NCBI GenBank assembly: GCA_043228905.1
Contig: JBHGNT010000003.1
Coordinates: forward strand, 18,104,001-18,168,000
DNA: 64,000 nt
Direction of reading: 5' to 3'
Source of the DNA: Azolla caroliniana
Lineage: Eukaryota > Plantae > Polypodiophyta
Shown: positions 12,620-25,182 of the stretch, piece after piece
Numbering within the stretch: the first letter of the stretch is position 1
Layout of the letters: every line of letters starts with the position of its first letter
Position numbers and translations under genes: made by a program
The notes under the pieces: generated by a model
What the model was told of the DNA's origin: nothing
Database searches by the model: none
The model's input: the letters and a program-made list of their open reading frames with translations, nothing else

Positions 12620-13918
12620 AAATAAATGGTGACAACTTCAAGTTAACTGGAGCTCAACAAGGGCACGGAGATGAATTGAGCAATATAGTGTACGCCCAGT
12701 GTACGCCCTCGCAACAAGAAGAAAGCTCTACCTGAACACCGAAGATAACAACCAAACACGATCACATGAGCACACGATCACCGAATGACCGAAGAACAAG
12801 AAAAGGAGGAGACAAAGAAGAAGGGAGAAGAAGAGCACTCGTCAAACAAGAAAAACCCAAGATTGAAGCCAAATCAGCATACTAACAAGTCATCTTCAAT
12901 TTCTACTGAAGAATGGCGATCTATGGACGAGATAGCTAGATCAACCGTTTGAATACACCTGGCTGAATACGTCTATTTCAGTATGGCAAAGGAGACGACT
13001 GCATTCTCTTTGTGGGAGAAACTACAAACGTTGTACAAGAAGAAATCCTCCTCATCAAAGTTGATACTAATTCAACAATTATTCAACATGAAGATGAGAG
13101 AGATGGATCCAACAACCTCCCACATCAACATCTTCAGCATGGCGCCATCTGAACTCTCCTCCCAAGGGATTAACTTCGAAGAAGAAGTTAAAGCCCTTGC
13201 CCTCCTTTCGAGCTTGCCAACAAGTTGGGAGGTATTCTGCATGACTTTTGCCAACAACTGTCCAAATCTAAATCTAGATGAGACGATCGGACAAGTCCTC
13301 ATCGAGGACATTCAACAAAAATCGATAAGACTCACCATCAATGAGTCGACAGAAGCCCACCATTCGATCGAGTTGATTGAAAGAATAAGTCGAAAGAACT
13401 GGTCGAAACACCAGTCAACCAAGAAAAAGGGGAGACCGACAATAGTCGAAGTCGATGAACAATTGACCAAGTGATTTTTGCACCCATTGTAGAAAAGTTG
13501 GTCGCAATGTTTCTAATTGTTGGTCGATTAAAAGAAAGGAGAGCAGTTGACGATTCGAGTGAAATTCAGGACATTCCGACTGGAACTGTTCTCTAGTTGA
13601 CAACCAAATCAATGTTGTTGATTCCCGATAAGGAGAAATCCTCCTCTACAGGATTCAATGATCGGAGAAGTTCTCTACAGTGCGCAAGAAGCACAAATGT
13701 GGCTATTGGATTCCGGTGCCACATTTCACGTGACCCCAAATATCAAATGGTTTTTGAACTATTTGGCCGGAGCTCACGACATTGTTCGACTCGGCAATGG
13801 GAAGGAATGCAGAATCGCTGGAATTAACGAAGTACCAATTCGATTGCCAAACAACAATACGATTGTCCTGCACCATGTCCAGCATGTACCCGAGGTTAAA
13901 AGGAGTCTAGTTTCCATC
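12620..13918 (+). pseudogene. Old Ty1/Copia gag-protease remnant, truncated by LTR insertion at 13919
   Basis: UBN2-type gag (LWEKLQTLY..KLILIQQLFNMKM..ALALLSSLPTSWE), degenerate Zn knuckle, protease WLLDSGATFHVTP; multiple stops and frameshifts. Confidence 0.85.
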
Positions 13919-15989
13919 TATTAGGAATATGTCCCTCTTGTAGGAGGAGCCGACTGTTCAGTTGAGAGTGAGAGCCGACAATCGATGACAAGGAGGAGTC
14001 AACAATATAGTAAGTGATCCAAGTCAAAGACACGGTAGACTAGTCAGGCTAACCGGATGGTTGATAACAAGGCCAACTAGTCGGGCCGATTGGACAGTTG
14101 ACACTAGAGTCGGCTAGTCTAATCGACTAGTCGATCAGTCGGTTGATTAATGAATGTTACTGATTATTAGTTAGATAATAATAGAAATAGACATATTTGT
14201 AAGTAGCCCATATTGTGTATAAGTATAAATGCACCTAGGGCAAACCAGAGTGAGATGTAACAGAAACAATAGAATAGTGTAGAGTTCCTGTAGGTGTGAG
14301 TGACAGAGAGAAGAGAGAGTGCGTGATAGAGAGAGTAGCGCCATATCGGTGTGAGCTTAGATGCCAAGGGCCCTGTGTGGCTGATACACTTTGTGCAGAG
14401 AGAGTGTTGTATACTGTCTCCTTTGTATTCTCTATTGTATAGTGGATCTCTGTTCCCGTGGTTTTCCCCGTTTAGGGTTTCCACGTAAAACTGTGTATTC
14501 TGTGCATTTGTTGTTTTCTGTTTCCACGTTATTGTGTATTTCACAATCGGTCTTCCTCATGAATCTAAGGGATCGAATCACAACAATCTGGTATCAGAGA
14601 GACAGGTGAAAGATGGAAGGAGGTGTGAGTGGCTTCCCAGGCATGATAGTTCTAAACTCTTAGAACTATGCAGACTGGAAGATAAAGATGGAAGACCTTC
14701 TCATAGTCATAGACCTGTACGAGCCAATCGATAGAGTAGAAATACACCGGCGTGTTAGAATCTGAATGGAAACTCTTGAACAGAAAGGCGGTGGCCACCA
14801 TCAGACAGTGCGTCGATGTAACTGTTCTTCAGCATGTGGCAAATGACACAAATGCGTATGAGATGTGGCAAAAGTTGTGCAGAGAGAGTGTTGTATACTG
14901 TCTCCTTTGTATTCTCTATTGTATAGTGGATCTCTGTTCCCGTGGTTTTCCCCGTTTAGGGTTTCCACGTAAAACTGTGTATTCTGTGCATTTGTTGTTT
15001 TCTGTTTCCACGTTATTGTGTATTTCACAATCGGTCTTCCTCATGAATCTAAGGGATCGAATCACAACAATCTGGTATCAGAGAGACAGGTGAAAGATGG
15101 AAGGAGGTGTGAGTGGCTTCCCAGGCATGATAGTTCTAAACTCTTAGAACTATGCAGACTGGAAGATAAAGATGGAAGACCTTCTCATAGTCATAGACCT
15201 CTACGAGCCAATCGATAGAGTAGAAATACACCGACGTGTTAGAATCTGAATGGAAACTCTTGAACAGAAAGGCGGTGGCCACCATCAGACAGTGCGTCGA
15301 TGTAACTGTTCTTCTGCATGTGGCGAATGACACAAATGCGTATGAGATGTGGCAAAAGTTGTGCAGAGAGAGTGTTGTATACTGTCTCCTTTGTATTCTC
15401 TATTGTATAGTGGATCTCTGTTCCCGTGGTTTTCCCCGTTTAGGGTTTCCACGTAAAACTGTGTATTCTGTGCATTTGTTGTTTTCTGTTTCCACGTTAT
15501 TGTGTATTTCACAATCGGTCTTCCTCATGAATCTAAGGGATCGAATCACAACAATCTGGTATTAGAGAGACAGGTGAAAGATGGAAGGAGGTGTGAGTGG
15601 CTTCCCAGGCATGATAGTTCTAAACTCTTAGAACTATGCAGACTGGAAGATAAAGATGGAAGACCTTCTCATAGTCATAGACCTGTACGAGCCAATCGAT
15701 AGAGTAGAAATACACCGGCGTGTTAGAATCTGAATGGAAACTCTTGAACAGAAAGGCGGTGGCCACCATCAGACAGTGCGTCGATGTAACTGTTCTTCAG
15801 CATGTGGCAAATGACACAAATGCGTATGAGATGTGGCAAAAGTTGTCAAGTCTATATGAGAGGAAGAACGCCCTCAACAAAACATATTTCATGAGAAAGA
15901 TTTTGAGGCTAAAGTACAAGGATGGAGAATGTATAGTGGAGCATGTAAGCACATTCATGGGGTATGTGAACCAACGTTTGGCAACCAAG
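13919..15989 (+). mobile_element. Tork-like Copia 5' part: LTR 13919-14585, PBS 14589-14599, inactivated gag from 14613; 3' part deleted
   Basis: The LTR starts TATTAGG (decayed TG) and ends CAACA, followed by ATC-TGGTATCAGAG. Gag is homologous to element C, with an in-frame TAG and a frameshift. Confidence 0.85.
14391..15842 (+). repeat. Tandem triplication, 3 x 484 bp (LTR 3' end + PBS + gag 5' end)
   Basis: Units at 14391-14874, 14875-15358 and 15359-15842 are near identical, with TTGT microhomology at the junctions. Confidence 0.97.
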
Positions 15990-18900
15990 AGCAATAATGG
16001 AGACTCCTGTACAGATTGGAGATGTGAAGGAGCCGGTTGTGGCACTGATAGACCATGGATCGGAGATAAATCTTATGTCAATGGACTTCTACAAGGAAGG
16101 GAAGTGGCCGATCAATACGAAGCATGCCTAGATGATACGCACGGTGACCCGCTCTACGAAGGAGCTTCATGGGGCGTGCCCGAATTTCCGGGTGAAGGTC
16201 GATGACTTCGAGATCGACCAACACTTCTTCGTACATGAGTCGTCGTCCCATCCGGTAATCTTTGGAGAACCCTACATCACAGCGGCCTGGATGGAGACAA
16301 AGGCGTTGGACAACGGTCCATCATATGCAAGGATGAAGAGCCAGAATGGTCAGTATTCCGTCCAGTTCCTGAGGGTTAGGCCGAACCACGAGCGCAATCG
16401 AGACTCTCTCGGCAGTGAAGGCCGAGAGGATTTTTGAAGAGGGCTATCAAGGCGTGGGGCCACGATGGTCCGAACAACCAGCCAAAACCCCACATTTGTC
16501 CATTAATTAGGAAATTTTGGCTCTCCGACAATGGAGGTTGTACAACAATCGGCATCGTCGGCCGAGAAAGATGAAGGGTCGAGGGGCACCTAAGGTCATG
16601 CGGAGCCATGGGCCCCGATGACAAGATCAGTGGCACCATGGAGGCAATCTCATTCGATGACACCCTTGGGGAGATCGAGAGGGTGAACACAGGAGATCTA
16701 ACTGAGGACCGGACGATTCCGGTCCATTCGATTGACATGTACGAGGAGATAGTGGAGTTCGAACGGATGGTCTTGGCAGGTCAAACCGCCCATGTAGACA
16801 CTAAGTACAAAATTGTTTGCCAGAAGGTAAGGCCATTTGCGACACCCTTACCAGAGGACATCTGGGAAAGGATAAAGGCGGTCACGACCGACCCGAATTT
16901 ATGAGACCCGCGTGGTATATGGCACCAATTCACCAAGGAAACGCTACGGAAGCTCAAGATCGATGGCAGTGGCTTCCTTCTACCCGCTGAGGAGGACCGG
17001 TTTCGGAGGATGATCGAAAGTCATAGGAAGGCTTTCTCATTCTTGCAGGGGGAGATCGGGTGCCGCACGTACCATGGAACCTAAAGTAGATTCTAGTGCC
17101 GAGAGCTCACATCCCGAAGTTGATGGAGCTGCCCAAGGAGAAGATTGAGATGGGGATCCTTGAACCATCGAGTGCCCCATATATCGAACCAGTGGTTTAT
17201 AGTGCCGAAGAAGAACAACACACTACGCTTCATACAGGACCTGCAATCTGTCAACCAAGTGACAATTCAGAATCAGGGGTCGGGCCGACCATCGACGAGT
17301 TTGCAAAGGCTTTCGCCGGAAGGTCGATCTACTCGGTCGACGACTTATACTCAAAATACGACCAGTTCAACTAGCCGTCGAAAGTAAGGACATCATGACG
17401 ATGCGGATCCCTCTCGGCTTAGTTTGGATGTGTACCCTTCAACAAGGAGGAATGAACTCGATGGCACACATGGTGAATGCGATGAACAAGGTACTGAGGG
17501 ATTGCATCCTGGACATCACCATGTCATTCCTGGATGACATCCTAATTAAGGGATGTCCAGAGGACTAGAAGGACGCGTCAGTTGAAGAAAATGGGTGTCG
17601 ACGGTTCGTGTCGGACCACATCGCAGACTGTGAGAAGATACTGCAGAGGTTGGAAGGTGTGTTACTTACCTTCTCAGGGGAGAAGTCGGCATTCGGGCAA
17701 TCAGAGATATTGGTGGTCGGACACCTGTGCGGGCCCTATGGTCAGAAACCGTCTCCGGCCAAGGTAGAGACCATCTTGGCAATGAAAGAGGAATGCAAGA
17801 GACCAAGAAGATCTGGTGGTTCCTATCTGCCTTCTACCACATTTGGATTCCCCACTCTGCGCATATTGTCGAGCCACTCTACGGTTTACTGAAGAAGGGA
17901 AGTTCAAGTGGAACGAAGAGCACTCAGAGGCTATGCAAAGACTAAAAGGGATGTTGACGGCGGCTCCGGCTCTCTAGAAGGCAATCAACGAGAAGGGTGC
18001 TCCAATATACTTGACAATCGACACAAGTCCGACCGGGATTGGGTGGGTGATCAACTAGGAGGACAAAGGTGGAACGAGATTCGTCATCCAATTCGGAGCA
18101 AAAGTGTTGAGCGACCGACAGCGAGGATACGCCCAAGTCAAGCGGGAGCAATGGGGTATCGTTTCGGTGGTGAAGGCCGATAAAGACTACTTAATCAGGA
18201 CGGAGGTAATTATCGATATGGACTAGCTCCTGATTCTCGGGATGGTAACCAGATGCGTGACTCCGGACTTGGCGATGCTCAGGTGGATCGCGTACATCAA
18301 GTCCATGAACCCAGAAATCCGACACATTTCCGGGAAAGATAACGTCATGGCCAATATGCTATCAAGAGCGTGTTACGATGGAGAAGATGGCATGGTATCA
18401 AAGGATGAAAAAGTCGGCATGGACTTCTTCGAGTCAGCTTGGCTGTCGGCGAATGAGCGAAGCACTCCGAACCTACATGCATTTAACGAAAACGACTACG
18501 AATGGGAATGGCTTCTGATTGGGAGGTTCTTAAGCACGATGACGCCGAAAGCATCATGGACAAAGGAAGAGGCAAGTCGGATCCGGAAGAAGGCATACAA
18601 GTTCTTCCTACGAGACGGGGTAATTTGCTGGCACCCGAAGAGGCGAAACGGTGCACCACCCCTGGTGGTGGCGAGGAAGGAAGACCACTGGGTATTGTTA
18701 GCTGAATTTCACGAGAGCCCCTAGTCCGGACATCGAGGAACCTGGGCCACGTTAGAAAAGCTCAAGAAGAGATATTAGTGGCCAGGGATGTACAATGACG
18801 TGCAGCACTTCAGGGCGTCATGTGAAAGCTACCAAGTGCATTCCAGAATACGGTACCGCGACAAGCTACACCCGACCTACCCGACCTACCCGCCAACCTT

Positions 18901-19503
18901 CCACTTCAAGTGGATGGTCGACTTAGTGACGATGTTGATGGGGGTAGTGTAGATGAGGTACCTGGTACTTGCAAGGGAAGATCTGACGAACCAGGTAGAA
19001 GGTCGAGCTTTGACGAACAAGACGACCGCAATCGTATGCAGGTTCCTAATCCAGGATGTCGTATGTTGTTACGGATGCATCGGGAAAATAGTGGCCGACC
19101 AAGGAGAGTTGGACGTGCACGAAGCTACCGAGTTGTTCGAACAACTAGGGGTCAAGCTCTCCCTCACGACGGCATACAATCCGGAGGCAAACGGGAAGTT
19201 CAAGCGTGGGCACGGTCTGATTGTGAAGGCGACTGTGCGAGCATGCACCGGACGTGTCGGAAACTGGTCACGGCTCCTGTAGTACCCGTTATGGGCCGAC
19301 CGAACTACGCACAGTTCGGTAACATGGTACATGCCGACTGAACTCATGATCGGGTAGAAGCCGATCATGCCGGTAGAAAGGACAATCACCTCGTGGTTGG
19401 CGGTCGATTGGGCGTACGAGATGAGTCGGGAAGAGTTGTTGGCAGCACGGATTCGACAACTCGAGCGGCGGTTGGAGGAGATGGCGCGAGCAAAGGCGAA
19501 GAT

Positions 19504-22500
19504 TGTTGAGAGACAAGCTCAACATCGGCCGGATCGGCTGAAGAAGCCGAGGACCGGATCGGTTGGGACCGATCGGTTAGGCCGAGTGTGTAAACCGGGA
19601 GGTCGTTAGGAAAGATATTCCGTGAGGAATATATTTGGGATTTAGTGTAGGAGCTCTTAATGAGCATTGAAGTACTGTCAGTACTTCGGTTAGTCCTTCT
19701 AGGGCTTGTATAAAAGTGTTCACTGAGCACGTCTAATATATAGACAGGAGTATTATTGTTGAATATAGTTTTCTGTGTTTCTCTCTCTGTCTCTCCTGCG
19801 TATACCGTGTAAGCCCAAGCTCTCCATTGAACCTGAGTTTCCTTCCTCTGTTCTGTCTTCATACCTGCTTCCGCACGCTATTTTCTACATGGTATCAGAG
19901 CGCAAGGGTTGAGAACCTCTCTGTAGCCGACACGGCTTGACGAAGAAGAACAAGAAGAACGATGGATAGAGGCATGGCGAGCTCGCTTCCAACAGAGAAG
20001 CTCGACAAAACCAACTACGCGTCTTGGTCCTACAAGATGCACCAGTACCTGCTCGGGCACGGCTACTGGAGTTACGTCGAAGGAGCTAATGACGCGGCAC
20101 CGGAATCGACACACAGAGACTTTCCATCGTGGGAGCAATCGGCGAGCAGGGTATTATACTGCTTCGCGTCGTGTGTGGGCGAACAGCTATTGAGCTATGT
20201 TCCAGATGCAAAGACGCCGAAGGGTGCGTGGGAAAATCTGAAGAAGATTTTCGCCGCGAGCACCACAGCCAGGAAGCTTCAGCTCCGACAGGAGTTGAGC
20301 AACCTACGACAACGCGACTTGTCGGTGGCGGACTATACCTCGAAGATCAAGGATATCTGCGACTCCCTCGCCTCCATAGAGGTGAACATCGAGCAGAGTG
20401 AGATGGTCCAGATCTGTCTCGGAGGTTTGGCGTCGAAGTTCGGAGCGTTCCGAACGGTTGTGTGTACCCGGGAGAATATGCCGTCCTTTTTCGACTTACA
20501 GTCAATGCTCCTGGTAGAGGAGAACCACGCGGGTGCGTCTACGAGCACGCACACCGACAACAGAATGTTGTACACAGAGGGAGATAGGCCCCGTGGACGT
20601 GGAGGACGAGGCGAGTCGGCGTGCAATGGAGGCGGCCGACGAGATCAAGGAAGAAGGCACCGAAGTGATGCCGACAGCAACTCCGGACCCTCCGGAAACA
20701 GGGGGAGTCGAAGTGATGAGAACCGGCAAGGGAAGGCCATCGCGGAGTGCTGGTACTGTGGCAAGAAAGGCCACAGGGAAAGTGAGTGCTGGAAGAAGCG
20801 CGCCGACTCGGACAGAACCGGTTCCGGAAACGGCTCCGGACATACCGACAAGGGAAATCGGCAGCGATCGCACTACGCCAAAGACTTCGGGAGAGCCGGA
20901 GAAGGGTTTGTCTTCGTGACGAGACACAAAGCAAACTCAATGAAACAGAGCACCCCGAGATCGGACGAGGTGTGGTACATAGACTCCGGCGCGTCAAACC
21001 ACATGACGAGCCATAAGGAGTGGTTCTCGTACCTTGAAAAACCGATGCAACCTAGAGTAGTCGCAACTGGAGACGACACTCCGCATCCGATCGCGAATGT
21101 CGGAGAAGTTCCCCTTAGCCATGTCGGGAAAAAAGGGAAACTCATGAACGTGTTGCACGTTCCGACAATCACGAAGAACTTGGTCTCGGTCGGACAGATC
21201 GTCGACCAAGGGATGGAGGTTCGGTTTACACACCTCGGGTGCTTCATTGAGGAAGAAGGCCGTGTGATTGCGCAAGGGCGCAGAGATGGGAGGATGTTCA
21301 TCCTCGATTCCACTGACGGCAGCACGCAATGTTCGCAAAGGGACAAAAAGCCGAGTCGGACATCGACTTGTGGCAGAACCGGATAGGCCACGTCAACTAT
21401 CAGCGGCTTCAAGATCTGCAATCGAAACAGGTAGTGTTCGGATTGCCTAAGTTTAGTGGCCGAAAGGCACAAATTTGTGAAGCCTGCCAGCTCAGGAAGC
21501 AACACCGACTTCCTTTCCCCAACAAGCGAAATCGGAGCCGGACTAAGCTTGACCTTATACACTCTGATGTATGGGGGCCGGCACAAAACATTAGTCTTGG
21601 CGGGAGCCGATATTTCGTCTCCTTCATCGACGACCACACGCGGCACACGTGGATCTACCTCATTGAGAGGAAGAGCGAAGTCTTCGACTGTTTCCGGGAC
21701 CTCAAAGGGTTCGTGGAAACGGAAACGGGACGAAAGATCAAGTGCTTGCGGTCGGATGGCGGGAAAGAGTACTTTTCTGGTCAATTCAACGGTTATCTAC
21801 AACAAATGGGAATTCGGCGCGAATTCAGTTATAGATACACGCCAGAGCAGAACGGCGTGGCCGAGAGGAAGAATCGGTCAGTTGTGGAAGCGGCATGGGC
21901 AATGTTGGAGGAGAAGAGCTTGCCCAAGTTCTACTGGGCCAAGGCGGTAAGGACCGCAGTATACATCCAGAACTGGATCGAAGACAAAGTGTCGGCGCAC
22001 GAGCTGTATTTCGGAAAGAAGCCGAACTTGCGACACTTGAGGGTGTTCGGTAGCATTGCGTATGTGCATGTACCGAAGGAGAAAAGGAGGAAGTTGGACG
22101 CAAAGGCCGAGAAATGCATCTTGGTCGGTTACTCGGACGAGCAGAAGGGTTATAAGTGCTATAACCCTCGCACCAAACAAGCGCGTGTTAGCCGCGACGT
22201 TGTGTTTGACGAGTCCGCGTCCTGGTACCAGCCCCCGACTCCGAACCCCAACTCCAATCCGAGCTCTGACGATGAGGTCAGCGAGGCCGAGATGCCTCCG
22301 GATGAGCCAGAAATCGAGACCCGCGAAGAGAGTCTGATTTCACTCCGGTTAAGTGGACCGATTGGACGACTGAGTCAGTACGACCAGTCCGATGAAGAGC
22401 CGGCGAGTAGTGGAGACTCGGTCGTGCATTCCCCGCGCAGGAAGCCGAGGAGACGGCTTACGCGCAAAGAGAAAGGGAAGAAGAAGGTGTCGGATTCCGG

Positions 22501-25182
22501 CACGGATAAGAACGAGTCAGACCGACGCGAGTCCGACTCCGAGGGAACCGGTGACGGGTCTTTAAAGGTGAAGACCGCGTCGACCGAGAAGGCCTCGACA
22601 TCGGCTAATGTGAGATTACGCCGATCTACCCGCCAAAAGAACCCAGTTGTGCGGTTCGGATACAACGAGTATATGGCGCATCATTATGCGTACATGACCC
22701 GTGTAGCGGAAGTGCGTGAGCCGGAGAGCTACGCAGAAGCGGCTAAAGACGCGAATTGGCGTGCCGCGATGGAGGAAGAGATGCACACATTGGCGGAGAA
22801 CGAGACCTGGGACCTGGTTGACGCACCGAAGGGTGTGAAGCCGATCGGGTGTAGATGGATGTACAAAGTCAAGTACAACACCGATGGATCGGTCAACCGG
22901 TACAAGGCTCGGCTAGTGGCAAAGGGCTACGCGCAGAAACACGGCATCGACTACGATGAGACGTTTGCGCCGGTCGCGAAAATGACGACTGTTCGTGTTT
23001 TGCTCGCAGTAACTACTGCGAAGGGGTGGCACTTACATCAGATGGATGTAAAGAATGCCTTCCTGCAAGGTGACCTTGAGGAACAGGTGTACATGGTACA
23101 GCCCCGCGGATTTCACTCTGGAACGAACTCCTCGGAAGTATGCTAACTGAAGAAGTCCCTTTACGGACTGAAGCAAGCCTCGCGTGCCTGGAACGCGAAG
23201 ATCACGCAACAACTGCGTCGGATGGGCTTCGTCACGTCAAAATCGGACTCTTCCCTGTTCATCCGGAAAGGTCGACTTGGACCGGTTAGTATTTTACTAT
23301 ATGTTGATGACTTGGTCATCACCGGCGCCGACCTAGGAGAAATCGACCGCATGAAGCTCCAGCTTGCGGCATCGTTCGACATGAAGGATCTGGGGGACCT
23401 TCATTACTTCCTCGGGATCGAAGTGATCCGTACCGCCGAAGGCATATTGATCAGCCAACGTCATTACGTGCTGAGTATGCTCTTCAAATTCGGGATGGCC
23501 GACTATAAGTCCGTCTCGACTCCTCTGGACAGAACCGTCAAGCTTCGTCCCGATACGGGAAAGGTATGCGACCCGACGAGGTTCCGACAAATTGTCGGTA
23601 GCCTCATATACTTGACCATCACCCAACCCGACCTCAGTTATCCGGTCGGAGTGATCAGTCAGTTCATGGCGCGACCTACCGAGGAGCACCTTCAGTGTGC
23701 GCAACGCGTACTGCGGTACGTAAGTGGCACAAAGGACCGAGGACTGCTATATCGGACCGGTGCAGCCGTGCAGTTAGTCAGCTACACTGATGCTGATTGG
23801 GCTGGCAACGCCGCCGATCGTTGATCCACGTCTGGATACGCGTTCTCCCTCGGGAGTGTCCCGATCGCGTGGAGCAATAAGAAGCAGCCGATAGTTGCAT
23901 TGTCGAGCACCGAAGCTGAGTACCGAGGAGCGGCTGTCGCGACATGCGAAGCCATATGGTTGAAGCGGCTACTTAAGGACCTGCAAGAGGAGGTGTCCGA
24001 TCCAACGACGATCTACTGCGACAACCTCAGCAGCATCCAACTCGCGAAGAACCCCGTCTTCCACACACGGACCAAGCACATTGAGGTGCACTACCATTTC
24101 GTCCGTGAGCGTGTCCTTTCCGGTGAAGTCGAACTTCAGTACGTTCCGACGGATCGGCAGGCTGCCGACATCTTCACCAAGCCTCTTGGTCTGGACAAGT
24201 TGCGGCAATTCTCAGGTGCGCTCGGATTGCGTCACCTTGACGTGCCGAACTTGAAGGGGAGAACAATCCCGAACGACCAAGCAAGGCAGTAGGAAAGGAG
24301 CGGAGACCGCGACACTGAGTCGGTTGACTCGGTTGTTGACTCGGTTGTCGAGTTCAACTTCGGATCGGCTGAAGAAGCCGAGGGTAGACCCACGGAAAAG
24401 TTCGGAAGCGGACAGAAGGGGAGCAGTCGAAGGAGAGAGCCGAAGCCAACCACGCATAGGGGAGACGATGCCATCGAGGGCGAGAAGACCGAAGACGAGT
24501 TGGAGACAGCCAACTCGGACGAGAGCGAAAACCGATCGGAGGTAGCCGAGTCGGTTCGGATGTTTGATTTAGATACGCTGAATCAACCAAGGCCCAAGCG
24601 GAAGAAAAGGCAGCAGGAGAAGCGTCGACACCGCAACAACAGAAGAGCTGATAAGGGCCGCATGAGCATACAAGCCGACCGGAAGGGTCGAAGCGCGCGG
24701 AGTCGAACAGGTCGAGGAGCGCGAGCAAGGCGAGAAGCCAGGAGGTACCGGTGCTGTGAAGATCCCGAAGAGCCTCGAGTTGAGCTTGAGGGGGAGTGTT
24801 GAGAGACAAGCTCAACATCGGCCGGATCAGCTGAAGAAGCCGAGGACTGGATTGGTTGGGACCGATCGGTTAGGCCGAGTGCGTAAACCGGGAGGTCGTT
24901 AGGAAAGATATTCCGTGAGGAATATATTTGGGAGTTAGTGTAGGAGCTCTTAATGAGCATTGAAGTACTGTTAGTACTTCGGTCAGTCCTTCTAGGGCTT
25001 GTATAAAAGTGTTCACTGAGCACGTCTAATATATAGATAGGAGTATTATTGTTGAATATAGTTTTCTGTGTTTCTCTCTCTGTCTCTCCCGCGTATACCG
25101 TGTAAGCCCAAGCTCTCCATTGAACCTGAGTTTCCTTCCTCTGTTCTGTCTTCATACCTGCTTCCGCACGCTATTTTCTACA
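19504..25182 (+). mobile_element. Full-length Ty1/Copia element A (5679 bp): LTRs 19504-19889 and 24797-25182, PBS 19890-19901, PPT 24788-24796, TSD AAGAT
   Basis: 386-bp LTRs with 9 mismatches by eye, TG..CA ends, AAGAT at 19499-19503 and 25183-25187. Confidence 0.97.
19962..24802 (+). pseudogene. Copia A gag-pol (Gag, Zn knuckle, PR, INT, RT, RNase H, C-terminal extension), disrupted
   Basis: [65 protein letters not shown]. Frameshift at ~21330; stops at 23144, 23822 and 24290. Confidence 0.93.

Noticed and set aside
14391-15842. CRISPR-like or regularly interspaced array
   Set aside because: The units are full tandem copies with no unique spacers; eukaryotic context and no cas genes.
19890-19901. 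tRNA gene
   Set aside because: Only a primer-binding site complementary to the tRNA-iMet 3' end; no tRNA, rRNA or other structured RNA gene was recognised in the window.
24263-24802. env-like gene
   Set aside because: No signal peptide or transmembrane segment; it is hydrophilic and in frame with Pol.
24354-25155. Antisense ORFs over the 3' region and LTR of A (and 36622-37131 in B) as an extra gene
   Set aside because: They are not recognisably conserved between A and B, whereas the sense frame is; open antisense frames are expected in GC-rich sequence.
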